Origin: Octopus bimaculoides
Lineage: Eukaryota
DNA length: 64,000 nt
Reading direction: 5' to 3'
NCBI RefSeq assembly: GCF_001194135.2
Contig: NC_068989.1
Span: forward strand, 16,852,266 to 16,916,265
Shown one piece after another: positions 23,626-35,905 of the stretch. Both the position numbers and the translations under genes were made by a program. Under the pieces are notes generated by a model. The model saw only the letters and a list, made by a program, of their open reading frames with translations, searched no databases and was not told the origin of the DNA. Positions within the stretch are counted from its first letter, which is position 1. Each line of letters starts with the position of its first letter.

Positions 23626-25991
23626 TACTGTCAATGGCAGCACTACCACCAAGGCAAAACTTGTAGAAGAAATATGTCATGATGCTACCACCAATACTAT
23701 CATCTGCCTTTACCAGTATTGCCACTATAATTTCTACCACCACTATTACTAAGATAGCTGGTAGAAGAAATATGACTACTTATATTCATGAGTGTATAAT
23801 CATGTTATCGTGAAGGTATGCACCGCCCCTCCAATGCCTTTTTTTCTTTTCATTACATTTGTTTTCTGTACGTTTGAACCATATACATACATACATATAT
23901 ATATATATATGTATACCCTACTGAAGAGGCTCCGGTGTTAAAGCTGAAACTGTCCGACAGTATAGGGATATCTCGACTGCCACTTTCGGCCGTTTACGGC
24001 TGCTGTCAGTATGTATTTATACAACCAGGGCCAGCCTTAAGCCAATTGGACTGATTGCTCCCAATCAGGCCCTGCGCCCAAGGAGGCCCTGTGCTCAAGG
24101 AGACCACATCCTATACTGCGAAATTTCATGAAGGTGGTCTCCCTGAAGTTTAAAAAAATCTACATAAAAATGCTCCGTAAAAAAAAGAACATACTTTCTA
24201 TACTTTAGCGACATAAGATACCAAAAGATAAACCCGTTCATCCAAAATTGCTAGGGTCAGCCTTGCTTGTGTGTATGTGAATGTTTGGGAGTGTATATAT
24301 GGGCATATTTGGATAAAATATTTGTGTGTGTATGTGAGAGTATGTATGTGGTTGTTTAAGTGTATGGTGAATTGTATGTATATATGGTGAATTGTATGTA
24401 TTTATTTCAATAAAGTGTATTTTATGTGTGTGTGTGTGTGTGTGTGTATTAAAGAAAGCAAAAAATAAATCAGAAATGATAAAATCAAAATATAAATGTG
24501 TGTGTAAAAGAGTTGGATCTTTTCCATATGGCAGAATTAAGTGCTCAGCTTTTTTGCGACAGGAATTTCTGTCAAAAAGACATGGTTAAAAGTTCAATTA
24601 TTTTTCATAGTGGTTTTGGTTTGGTTGAGGTCTTTGTATTTGTGTGAATGTATGTTTATGTTAGTATGTGTATGATTATACATATATGCATTTTTTAGTG
24701 TGTGGTGAATTGTATACATTCACAGACGCGTGCGCATGTGCATACAGTGAGAGAGAGATGGGGGGGGAGGTGAGATAAAAATGTTTGTCTCTTGTTCAAA
24801 AGAGAAAACGTTTTGCAATGACACCCATTCAGGTTTTTGAGCAAGCACAAACACACAGCCACACACACAGATGGGTGGGGTGCTATAGGAGACATTTGGT
24901 GTTACACAATGGTGCTAAACCCAGAACCATATAGCTAAGAAACAGGCTTCTTGCCACGCAGACAGGACTGTGTTTTCTACAACAGAAATTATAGAAAAAA
25001 CACAAGGTAAGTATATAACCAGCTTCCGAAAAATATTAATTATTATTTTGCTTTTTATGAATATCTCATTTAGCGTAACATTATGCAACAGATGAAAGTT
25101 TCTTTGGGACCTTGTTAAATTTCTTTCCAATTTTTGCTAGAATATTTTTAGAAAGCGTAGTTTGAATGTGGTTTCGCTTACTGATGGTGAAAATTTTTGG
25201 TACATTTATAGTTTAACACCTAACTCAATTTCGGTGGAAAATAATGCTTTTCCCTCATTTTTTTCTTGTGCTATCAGCTAATCTAATCNNNNNNNNNNNN
25301 NNNNNNNNNNNNNNNNNNNNNNNNNNNNNNNNNNNNNNNNNNNNNNNNNNNNNNNNNNNNNNNNNNNNNNNNNNNNNNNNNNNNNNNNNNNNNNNNNNNN
25401 NNNNNNNNNNNNNNNNNNNNNNNNNNNNNNNNNNNNNNNNNNNNNNNNNNNNNNNNNNNNNNNNNNNNNNNNNNNNNNNNNNNNNNNNNNNNNNNNNNNN
25501 NNNNNNNNNNNNNNNNNNNNNNNNNNNNNNNNNNNNNNNNNNNNNNNNNNNNNNNNNNNNNNNNNNNNNNNNNNNNNNNNNNNNNNNNNNNNNNNNNNNN
25601 NNNNNNNNNNNNNNNNNNNNNNNNNNNNNNNNNNNNNNNNNNNNNNNNNNNNNNNNNNNNNNNNNNNNNNNNNNNNNNNNNNNNNNNNNNNNNNNNNNNN
25701 NNNNNNNNNNNNNNNNNNNNNNNNNNNNNNNNNNNNNNNNNNNNNNNNNNNNNNNNNNNNNNNNNNNNNNNNNNNNNNNNNNNNNNNNNNNNNNNNNNNN
25801 NNNNNNNNNNNNNNNNNNNNNNNNNNNNNNNNNNNNNNNNNNNNNNNNNNNNNNNNNNNNNNNNNNNNNNNNNNNNNNNNNNNNNNNNNNNNNNNNNNNN
25901 NNNNNNNNNNNNNNNNNNNNNNNNNNNNNNNNNNNNNNNNNNNNNNNNNNNNNNNNNNNNNNNNNNNNNNNNNNNNNNNNNNNNNNNNNNN

Positions 25992-26034
<43 letters not shown>

Positions 26035-26153
26035 CCAAAAGAGTTAGGGGTTATGAATCCAAGCAACTAAGGGATAATATCTATCCAATATACTGCTGGT
26101 AGAATACACAATTAATAATAAACCTCTGACAACTATATATATACATATAAATA

Positions 26154-26190
<37 letters not shown>

Positions 26191-26646
26191 CCAAGAGAGT
26201 TAGAGGTTAAGAATCCAAGCAACTAAGGGATAATATCTATCCAATATACTGCTGGTAGAATACACAAGTGTTTTTTCATAGCATGGCAATTACATTTCCG
26301 AGTGTAATAAATGGGTGAGGGTAAAAAGTTATTTTACCCTTTATACAGCAATAAGTAAATGGAGGGGATCAAGAGGTGGTATTCATCAACTTTAAGACAT
26401 TATGTCTATTTATTTATTTTCTAAAAAGACAATTATAACAATATACATACATGTATAACACACACATATAATATTTTACCACATATGATCCAGCTTTTGC
26501 TAAAAATAATTAAAGCAAACACTTTTCATTTTGTACGTCAAGTTGGNNNNNNNNNNNNNNNNNNNNNNNNNNNNNNNNNNNNNNNNNNNNNNNNNNNNNN
26601 NNNNNNNNNNNNNNNNNNNNNNNNNNNNNNNNNNNNNNNNNNNNNN

Positions 26647-27092
26647 TCATGGGACTGTGTTTGCATAATATAATCAGATTAATTATAATACTATGTGATA
26701 AAGTTAATTACTAATACAATAAAATAACTTACAAAGATAACATATAGGCGGTGTCATTGAAAATATCACCCTGCTTAAATGATACCGGTGACATCCGGTC
26801 TCGGTAGAGTCATTAATAACTCATCTCGACACAACATTTTTTTCCGTACACGAATTTACATAAAGAATATTGCAAACCAGATACAAAAATGAAGCAGAAA
26901 TAATCTGTTACACCAATTGTCTCCTTAAATTATAACCTACTAGAAATCGGAGATATATCACTCCAAATTATAGGTCTGGTTACCTATCTACTTGAAATTT
27001 TATAGACGTTCGCCTCGCCTCGCTGTGGGGATGGGTGTGTAGATATTCAGTTTTCTTATTAAGAGAAGGATTATTTCGACAGTATACCCCAT
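26647..27092 (-). repeat. Paralogous copy of the ZNF-3 upstream region (22227-22715)
   Basis: Collinear direct repeat from tcatgggactgtgtttgcataatataatcag to tttcgacagtataccccatt, with small indels. Confidence 0.9.
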
Positions 27093-29470
27093 TGTGACTG
27101 ACCATGTGGTAGACGGAATTGACGTGGTGATGGGGATGGATGCGATCAACCGCCTTGGAGGAGTCAGTGCTCGTGGAGACGTAGTTTTGTTTGGTGATGC
27201 AGGGGTGTCACGTGCCGTGAATCTGTAACATGAGAGGAAGCATAGCTCCTCAAGGGACTGCACTGCTTACATTCTTGAGGATAAAGATTTTCGGGCGGTG
27301 TTCGAAGGTCAGCGGTGGACGGCAGAGTGGCGTTGGAAAGGTGAGGCTGAACTGCTACCAGCATACCTTGAAGGGACATGCCAGTGGTGAATTTGAAGGA
27401 GAGGTAGAGAAGTGGATTAAGGACGGTGTCCTTATCCTGTGGAAGGCGGAGGTGCTGCGTGAAGTGTTACTACTAAAGGCAGTGGTGCAGCCAACAAAGG
27501 GCAAAGTCGGGCCGGTACTGGACTTTCGGGAGATGAATGGCCATGTATCGTGGCGACTGACGTCTGCGGTGAGACACTGCGTGAGTGGAGACAGATGACG
27601 AGGGCAGCGACGATTGTCGACTTGAAACTGTGGCAGTATCAGCTGGTGCGATATAAGGGCCAGAATACTGTTTGACTAGGTTGGGTTTCGGGCTAAATTC
27701 CGCACCGAAGATCATGGCGATAGTGCTCAAGTCTATCCTGGGAAAGATGGGCAAGATAAGAAGGGACACCAATTCCTATATAGATGACATCTTGGTAGAT
27801 GAGACCGTAGTGTCTGCCACAGAGGTTGTAGGTCACCTCAAGAAGTTCGGGCTGATTGCGAAGCCAGTGGAGCCAATGGTTGGAGGAACCTCACTGGGGC
27901 GCAAGCTTCAAAGAGATAGATCAGGCTCATTGGTGTTACAGAGGTGGAACGAGATCCCGGAACTGGGTACCAGTAGCAACAGGAAAGAACTATTATCGAT
28001 GTGTGGGAGGCTCATGAGACACTACCCAATCGCAGGGTGGCTGTGGACGGCGGGCAGCTACATGAAGAGACGAGCAGAAAGGGCAAACTGGGGAGACAAA
28101 GTAGGGACGGTGGTGATGATGCGAGAAATCCTAGAGAGGACAAGAGCAGAAGACACAGTAAGAGGGAACTGTTTCGTACCCAAACTGGAGAATGCGACCG
28201 TACGGTGCGATGCTAGCAGCGTAGCGATAAGGGTTGTACTGGAAATCAGAGGCGTCGAAGTGGAAGACGCAGCCTGGCTTCGAAAAGCTGACGATTACAG
28301 CCACATCAACGTGGCTGAATTTGATGCAGTGCTGAAGGGGATGAATTTGGTCCTGAAATGGCGGCTGCACCCCATGGAAATCCGAGCCGATTCGGCCACC
28401 GTTCCTGGTTGAAGGGGACCAGTGATCACTGATGAAAAGAGGGCGGCAGAGATGTTAATAAAGCACCTCCTAGGGATTCTAGGAGAACTAGCTGCCAAAT
28501 TTGGTTTGGAGCTGAGCATTGTCTTTGTGCCTTCAGAAAGGAACAAGGCAGACGTCCTACCCAGGGTGAAAAAGGCCTGGTTGGCGGAGCCGGATATTCG
28601 AAGCAGGGGATAGCTGCACTGTGTCGGTTAAGTGACTAAGGAAACTGCATGCCATGCATCATATGGGCGTGGATAGAACCCTGTATCTTGTTGACGCCGA
28701 CGTCACTCGGCAGAGCATCCAAAAGATGGTCGGAACTTGTGATGTGTCGTCAATCCATTGACCCTGCTGCAGGTGCGCATGAGCAGGGAATCATCTCGGT
28801 AGAGCACAACAGGAAACGATTGGCGGTGGATGTGATACACTACTGGCAGGGGACGTGTCTCTCGATGGTCAACTGTGGGTAGCTTGACCATTTGGAGGGA
28901 TTTGAAGACAGGTACTGCAGACGAGATTGCACGTATCCTGAACGAGATATTCCTGGAGCGGGGCCCTGTGGATGAATTGTTGATGGACAATGGCACTGCG
29001 TTTCGTTCAGAGATACTGAAGGAGATGCTTGATAAAGAGAATATGCACCGCTTCTTCAGAGCAGTGTACAGGCCGAGTGGAAATGGAATCGTGGGAAGAC
29101 ATCATCGAACGATCAAGGCCGTGGCGGAGAGGGGGTGTATCTCTCTGCTGGAAACAGTGTTCTGGTACAATATGTCGCCTCGATAAAGACAGGCTGAAGA
29201 GTCCGTATCACCGAGCGGGTTCAGATATGAATGGTGGCATCCGAGTAAACCATCAGAATGCTCTACGGAAGAGAGAAAGAAAGAGAGAGGATGGGGAGGG
29301 AGAGAGACTGTCTTCGTGGAGGTGGGAGATGAAGTCTGGGTCAAGCCCACGAAGGCACGCTGCACATCTCAGTGGAACAATGACGGCTGTTAACTTCCAA
29401 AATAACGTTTCTGTGGATGGAATGCCGCGTCACGTCTTGCAGGATTGTCGCTTCTTCGGACGACGAAAGT
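27093..29470 (+). mobile_element. Decayed LTR retroelement pol (protease C-half, RT, RNase H, DDE integrase), 5'-truncated
   Basis: VVDGIDVVMGMDAI (PR); VLDFREMN, LTRLGFGLNSAPKIM, YIDDILV (RT); CDASS...HINVAEFDA...ADSATV (RH); HHMGVDRT..C..C, LAVDV, LMDNGTAFRS, YRPSGNGIVGRHHRTIK (IN). Several frameshifts; GC-rich versus the flanks. Confidence 0.9.
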
Positions 29471-29573
29471 AGAGCAGAGAAAGAGAACGTGACTACGTCC
29501 CTACAGAGATCACAGCATGTGAGGCGTGCACCCGGGTGAATGGAAGATTTTGACGTGGAGTAAAGTGAAGAGG

Positions 29574-29962
29574 TGATCTATGAGACCATGGGGCGTGTGG
29601 GGTTGAGTCGGAAGGAAAGGGCTGTGACGTCAACGGTCAGGGGCCTTGACCAGAACAGGAAGGGCGAGAGAGGAAGTAAGAGAAGGAAGACTACGGTGCT
29701 CACGGCGAACGGACGTGAGGTAAGCGAGCTAGTAGGGACGGGTACTAGCAGCTGCTATCGTTAGGTGCGCGGGCTGGGCACGAGTTTTGGATTGAGTACA
29801 GCTGGACAGCAAAACGACGAGAAGGTAGGCGAATTGTTTTTTATTTCCCTGCATTACAGTTCCCTCGCACAGCAGGCAGGCAAGTAGGTAGAAATATAGA
29901 GGGGATCGAGTGTTGGCGTGTAGTCCGTGTGTAGCAGTGTTAGTTCTAGGGTTTTGTAGACA
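29574..29962 (+). mobile_element. Putative 3' LTR of the element
   Basis: Follows a purine tract (agtaaagtgaagagg), starts TG, ends CA, and GC content drops after 29962. No 5' LTR is present to confirm it. Confidence 0.35.
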
Positions 29963-32267
29963 TATATAGTCATGTTGTGAAAGCGCGTGGCTTAGTTAGG
30001 GTATTTAGCACACGATTGCAAAACCTAGGATCGCACTATAAACTTTCGGAAAAAAAGGTTAAAAACTAAAAATAGGTGAACTAATTAAAAGCTGTTTTTG
30101 TATTATTTATTTATTCTAGCAAAATTCTGTTGTTGAGAATATAGGAATCTGAAAAAACGTAAGGGAAAAAAAAAACAAAACAAAAGGATACGGGTAACAT
30201 TGATCACAGAAGTATTGAGTAAAATGAAAATATTAGGGAATGTACAAATATCACTTGGTACCTGACCGAAACGAAAAGCTTACTATTTTCATTTCTTCAA
30301 CAACATCATTTAGTTAACTTATAAAGCTAGTAATGGTGAAAACGAATGTTAATCTGTTTTTTAAAAAACTCATTTCGAAGAGTAAACAATTTGATTATTT
30401 ATTTGAAAGTTTTCAGAAGAGAAATTTATGAATGGGAATGCATGCCTTTCCAGATAAGAATTAAAAATATGTATTGACGTATAACAGTCACACCGATAGC
30501 CAAGTTATTTTTCTACATTCCTCATTATTGTTGGTTTCATGGTAATTGACGCTGCTTCGGTTAAAGATCACGCAGGAATTATAAATACAGTATCAATAAA
30601 GCAACTGGAAGAATGCCATATTCGCACCGTCTGTAGCTTTAATGAAGCGTGGGACTGACATACAGGAAGCTTTATTGATCGTGTTTACAAAGAACTCACC
30701 TCTAATCATTGGAAAGTGCTGCATAGTTTCCTGTTTAACCTCAGGTTAGTTTTGATTCAAATTGACAAATTAAAAATTTTAAAAAAATCGTTAGAAGGTA
30801 ATTAATCTGTACTTGTAAAGAGTATGAGTAACAACCAGGTAAACAAAAAATCCATCTGCGAAGAAAACAAAGAGTTGAATTGGATATATTTCACGAAGTT
30901 TGGAGATTGGTAAGGTCCTTAAACCAGTATAGAGAATGGTTCGTTTGATTCATTGACTATATAACCTATCATATATATATATATATATATATACCTTATA
31001 CAGAAATGTTGACATAGGTAATAGACTTTAATATAAATGGATATTAGCGTCAAAACTCTTGTTTAAATTTTTGATATATAACCAAGGAGATCGATCCATA
31101 AGGAGTCTACTATAGACCTTTGTGGACGAATTTTTGCTATTTTAGTAACGATTACATGTTTTATCTCACCAATACATTGTGGAGATATCATTATATGAAC
31201 ACACACACACACATATATGTCCAATGTAGTGATTATTTGTTATTCTATAAACATGTTGAGAAATAGAATTGCTTTGACTAGTAGTGTTCGAAAACAGTTC
31301 GTCGTAGCAGGCATGTTGAAGATTTTTTAAAAGATGTTTAAAACTTCAGAAAATCCATGACAGCGCTCGAAAACCATGTTAATCATAAGTTTGTAATACA
31401 TAAGTGTGATAGCGTTAGTTGGTACTATGTTTGTTTAGATCTTGAAATTAAATGACTTGTGTATTTTTTCCTGGTTTCTACTAAATCAGTAAATATATTT
31501 TGATTATTGGTGTTACAAGCGAAAGGTTTTAAAACCAGTGTTTTGATATTAAATAATTCAGATACCGTCTGTATGAATCACTATAGTGTTAACATATTTA
31601 ATAAATGAAGAAATAATTACAGTAGAATAAAGCATAGTTGCTTACTACACTTAAAGATACTTCACTTTATTGTATTGCTCTTAACTGAGAAAGTACAATA
31701 ATTTATTTGCGTTTGAATCATGGAATTCACTTTGCAAAATCTTAATCATTTACAACAAATTATTATGGATTATATACATCAACGTTTGTTCAATAGAAAT
31801 ATAACAAAATTTATGTAGTTTAATAACGTTGATCACAATCCATTAGAAAAACAATATTCCTCAAATATAGTTGCTATATATTTATGTGTTAAAAAGAAAA
31901 ACTCTTTAAACTTCACATTATGTATATATAAATTTTATTCTAATGAAAAAAAATTTATTCTCCTACCAACATTATTTTATTCTCCTATCAACATTATTTT
32001 AATCATCTCGAAAGTGATGCAATATAGCTGTAAAGAACCTCTTTTATTACCAATAGTGTGTGTCTGTGACCTGCACTACAATTTCTGTAGAAATAGATCT
32101 ACCAAAGAAACGTCACACACTTCTGGTTTTATGTCTTTCCATAAAGTCTGGACTTAAAAACTTCCCGGCGAGGACATTGTTCCCGAACAGTGCGCCTTGG
32201 GAAATGAGTTGATAGAGACATTCATTGTATATCTGTTTAGCTAATTTCATTTGAATAGATGTATTGT

Positions 32268-32535
32268 GGAGGCGCAATGGCCCAGTGGTTAGGGCAGCGG
32301 ACTCGCGGTTTCGATTCCCAGACCGGGTGTTGTGTGTGTTTATTGAGCGAAAACACCTAAAGCTCCACGAGGCTCTGGCAGGGGGTGGTGGCGACCCCTA
32401 TTGTTCTCTTTCGCCGTAACTTTCTGTCACTCTTTCTTCCTGTTTATTGAGTAACCGTCCGGCTGGGGGAACACATACGCCATAGAAACCGGGGAACCGG
32501 GCCCATGAGCTAGGCTTGAAAAGGGCGCATAATTA
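32268..32535 (+). mobile_element. Family C-headed SINE with a different 3' tail
   Basis: The first ~180 bp match 17629; then cgtccggctggggaacacatacgcc...gaaaagggcgcat(aatt). Confidence 0.75.
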
Positions 32536-32758
32536 AATAAAAAATTGAACTCTGCAAACTAACAAAACACTTCTTATTTCAACGCAGTTCTTTCTGAGTA
32601 GTACGTGTTTCACAAGTGAATAAAAATTTAGTTACTGCAGTTATAGTATCTAATACGGAAACACGTTCGTTGTTTTTAACACCTTTCTCTTAATCTCTGA
32701 GGTGAGAGTTAGTTCCCCTGAAAGTTTATTTTGGATTTTCATTACCACATCCGCACAC

Positions 32759-32795
<37 letters not shown>

Positions 32796-32798
<3 letters not shown>

Positions 32799-33141
32799 GC
32801 TGTGTGGTAAGTAGCTTGCTTACCAGCCACATGGTCCCAGGTTCAGTCTCACTGCGTGGCACCTTGGGCAAGTGTCTTCTACTATAGCCTCGGGCCGACC
32901 AAAACCTTGTGAGTGGATTTGGTAGACGGAAACTGAAAGAAGCCCGTCGTATATGTGTGTATATGTTTGTTTGTCCCCCTCCCCCCCCAGCATCGCTTGA
33001 CAACCGTAACTTAGCGGTTCGGCAAAAGAGACAGATAGAAGATCCACTAGGCTTACAAAAGAATAAGCTCTGGGGTCGATTTGATCGACTATAAAGGCGG
33101 TGCTCCAGCATGGACGCAGTCAGATGACTGAAACGAGAAAA
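32796..33141 (+). mobile_element. Family B SINE
   Basis: gtggctgtgtggtaagtagcttgcttacc...gactgaaacgagaaaagag. Confidence 0.85.
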
Positions 33142-34159
33142 GAGAATATATACACACACACATACATACATACATACACACACGCGGAGAAACATTTGAT
33201 TACACGGTGCAGTTTTCTATTCTATGAAACATCATCGCATATGCTTACTGCTCTCCCCCCCACCTCAACACTTTATCACCTGACCAAAATCGACCAATGA
33301 AAATCCAATAATTCGATTTCCGTTCTCTCTTTATTCAAAAAGTACCTGTTTCGCCATTTTACTGTCTCTTGGAACCGAGAAGGTTGTCAATAATAATAAT
33401 TTATTACATACGACTTACTTCTGCACAGTTTTTGTCTACCAAATTCAATTCTCGAGGTATTTAGCTTTAATACTTTATCTTGACATCTACCTGTAACAGC
33501 TGCAATTGTCAGGTGATAACCGATAGACGTCAAGTACTTTCCACCGAATTCAACAGTCACCACTTCCTGAAACATATTTTATTCGAGATCCTTTTTGCCG
33601 ATATTTCTTTCTTTCAATTGTCTTTTCTTCATTCACGAATGTAATGTTTCTTTTTGTTTAATCTGTCGTAAAATGCGTAACCTAACAACTTGCTTTTGAT
33701 CATAGGGTTGATTTGGGGCTTAAACAACAACCTAACTCTTAAGAAGTCTCTACATTATTATCGTTCAGCTTGCAAGAAATAGCAATCCAATTGTATCAGA
33801 ACGTCTTGAATATGTACGGACACATTAAATAATGTAGTCTTTGACATGCATTGTCTGAAAGGGTGGGATGGCATTGGCAGGAATACCTTAGGTTTACTTG
33901 TCAGAACTGACTTTGGTTACACAACATTTAACGCATCAACAATGACGAATGACATTTCTGGAGAAATTAGCAATTTTATTGCCTACTATTCTGCTGTTTG
34001 GTATCATGTTACACAATCCAAAGATGTAGCTTATGCTTGTATGATGTAATTTCGTAAATTAAGTTCAGTTCAGGTAAATGTTTATATTTACATTTTATCA
34101 ATAGAGAAATATTTCCTTCGTTGAATCTGTATTTTTTACGTATTCTGAATATTTTACAC

Positions 34160-34178
34160 TGTTTCTCTACTTTTTCAG
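34160..34178 (+). promoter_or_regulatory. Putative 3' splice acceptor of the ZNF-4 coding exon
   Basis: Polypyrimidine tract gtttctctactttttcag|g; the downstream 5' UTR is homologous to those of ZNF-2 and ZNF-7. Confidence 0.6.
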
Positions 34179-34509
34179 GAATACCAGATCTTATTAAAAA
34201 GGAATTTCTAACTTCAGATATATTACCAATATTTTTCATCTTTTAAAGACTAAAGAAAGATATGTGGAGTCGATACAACTAGTTTATATAAATCTATGGT
34301 AGAGATTTACTGTGAAATATTTCCTCAGAGTAAAATTTGAAAAGAAGTTTCTCTGTTTCACTGTCTTGAATGTGTACCAGATCTTGAATTCTAATTAAGG
34401 AGTTTGCAGCATCTTCAAATATTGACCAGGATTACACTTAGAAGAAATATTCCTGTAAAAACATTTACTCCAAGGAACATAACTCCCTTGTAGTGAGATA
34501 GGAAAAAAT

Positions 34510-35274
34510 ATGGAAAATGAATTACGTGAGAAAGCGGTTAAACGTAAAACTGAGAATAAAAAGACTCATTTTCCAAAAGTGATTCTAAAAGGAGTAGGAA
34601 AAGCATCATATCACTGCGATGTCTGTAACAAAACATTCTCTCTAAAAGGTAACCTCACTACTCACAAACGTATTCATACAGGTGAAAAACCATATCACTG
34701 TTCTATCTGTGCTAAATCATTCTCTCAAAGATCCAGCTTAACTACTCATAGACGCATTCATACAGGAGAAAAACCGTATCACTGTGATATCTGTGATAAA
34801 TCATTTTCTGTAATAGGTAACCTTACTACTCATATACGTAGTCATACAGGAGAGAAACCATATCACTGTGTTATCTGTGGTAAATCTTTCTCTGGAAGTA
34901 GTGATTTAACTATTCATAAACGCATTCATACTGGAGAGAAGCCATATCGCTGTTATGTCTGTGGTAAATCTTTTGCTGGAAATCGTGACTTAACAACTCA
35001 CAAGCGTATTCACACAGGAGAAAAACCATATCACTGTGATATCTGTGGTAACTTATTTACGCAAAGATCTAGTTTAAATACTCACTTACATATTCATTCA
35101 GGAGTAAAGCCATACCATTGTGATACATGTGGTAAATCATTCTCTGCACCAGGTAACTTAACTACTCATAAACGTACTCATACAGGAAACAAACCATTTA
35201 ATTGTGATATCTGTGGGAGATCATTCTCTAGAAATAGTGACTTAACTACCCATATACGCATTCATACTGGGTAG
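34510..35274 (+). CDS. C2H2 zinc-finger protein ZNF-4 (Type II), 254 aa, 8 fingers
   Basis: MENE- leader, in-frame TAA 30 nt upstream (34480-34482), eight fingers; ends at a TAG inside the TGEKP linker. Confidence 0.92.
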   Translation: MENELREKAVKRKTENKKTHFPKVILKGVGKASYHCDVCNKTFSLKGNLTTHKRIHTGEKPYHCSICAKSFSQRSSLTTHRRIHTGEKPYHCDICDKSFSVIGNLTTHIRSHTGEKPYHCVICGKSFSGSSDLTIHKRIHTGEKPYRCYVCGKSFAGNRDLTTHKRIHTGEKPYHCDICGNLFTQRSSLNTHLHIHSGVKPYHCDTCGKSFSAPGNLTTHKRTHTGNKPFNCDICGRSFSRNSDLTTHIRIHTG

Positions 35275-35523
35275 AAACCATATACTTGATATGTGGTAAA
35301 TCATTCTCTTGAAATAAGGTGTCTATCAGTCAAAGTTGACCATATATCTGCACATGTATGTTGAGGCATGGGCATGTTTTCCTGTTTTTTAAGTAAGACT
35401 GGCTAATTGCTCATGTTTGTAAGTCCTCTCTCACTATGATTCTGATGGTACTTTTTGGTTTTCTCCCCCAACTAAAAAAATTGTTTAACCCTCAATAAAA
35501 CAAAAAGAAAAAAATTAATAACC

Positions 35524-35905
35524 GCAGGAGTGGCTGTGTGGTAAGTAGCTTGCTTACCAACCACATGGTTCCGGGTTCAGTCCCACTGCGTGGCATCTTG
35601 GGCAAGTGTCTTCTACTATAGCCTCAGGCTGACCAAAGCCTTGTGAGTGGATTTGGTAGACGGAAACTGAAAGAAGCCCGTCGTATATATGTATATGTGT
35701 TTGTGTGTCTGTGTTTGTCCCCCTAGCTTTGCTTGACAACCGATGCTGGTGTGTTTATGTCCCCGTCACTTAGCGGTTCGGCAAAAGAGACCGATAGAAT
35801 AAGTACTAGGCTTATAAAGAATAAGTCCCAGGGTCGATTTGCTCGACTAAAGGCGGTGCTCCAGCATGGCCGCAGTCAAATGACTGAAACAAGTAAAAGA
35901 GTAAA
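35524..35905 (+). mobile_element. Family B SINE, near full length, 250 bp downstream of ZNF-4
   Basis: tRNA-like head (tggctgtgtggtaag...ggttcagtccc), central microsatellite, 3' gactgaaacaagtaaaagagtaaa. Confidence 0.9.

Noticed and set aside
26030-26268. ~85-bp direct duplication after (TA)n tracts
   Set aside because: Adjacent to a gap and microsatellites; most simply slippage or misassembly, with no functional hint.
33660-33700. Possible third copy of the AACCCTAA palindrome upstream of ZNF-4
   Set aside because: Only two short word matches (tgtcgtaaa, tgcgta.cct), no paired arms, and the orientation does not fit.
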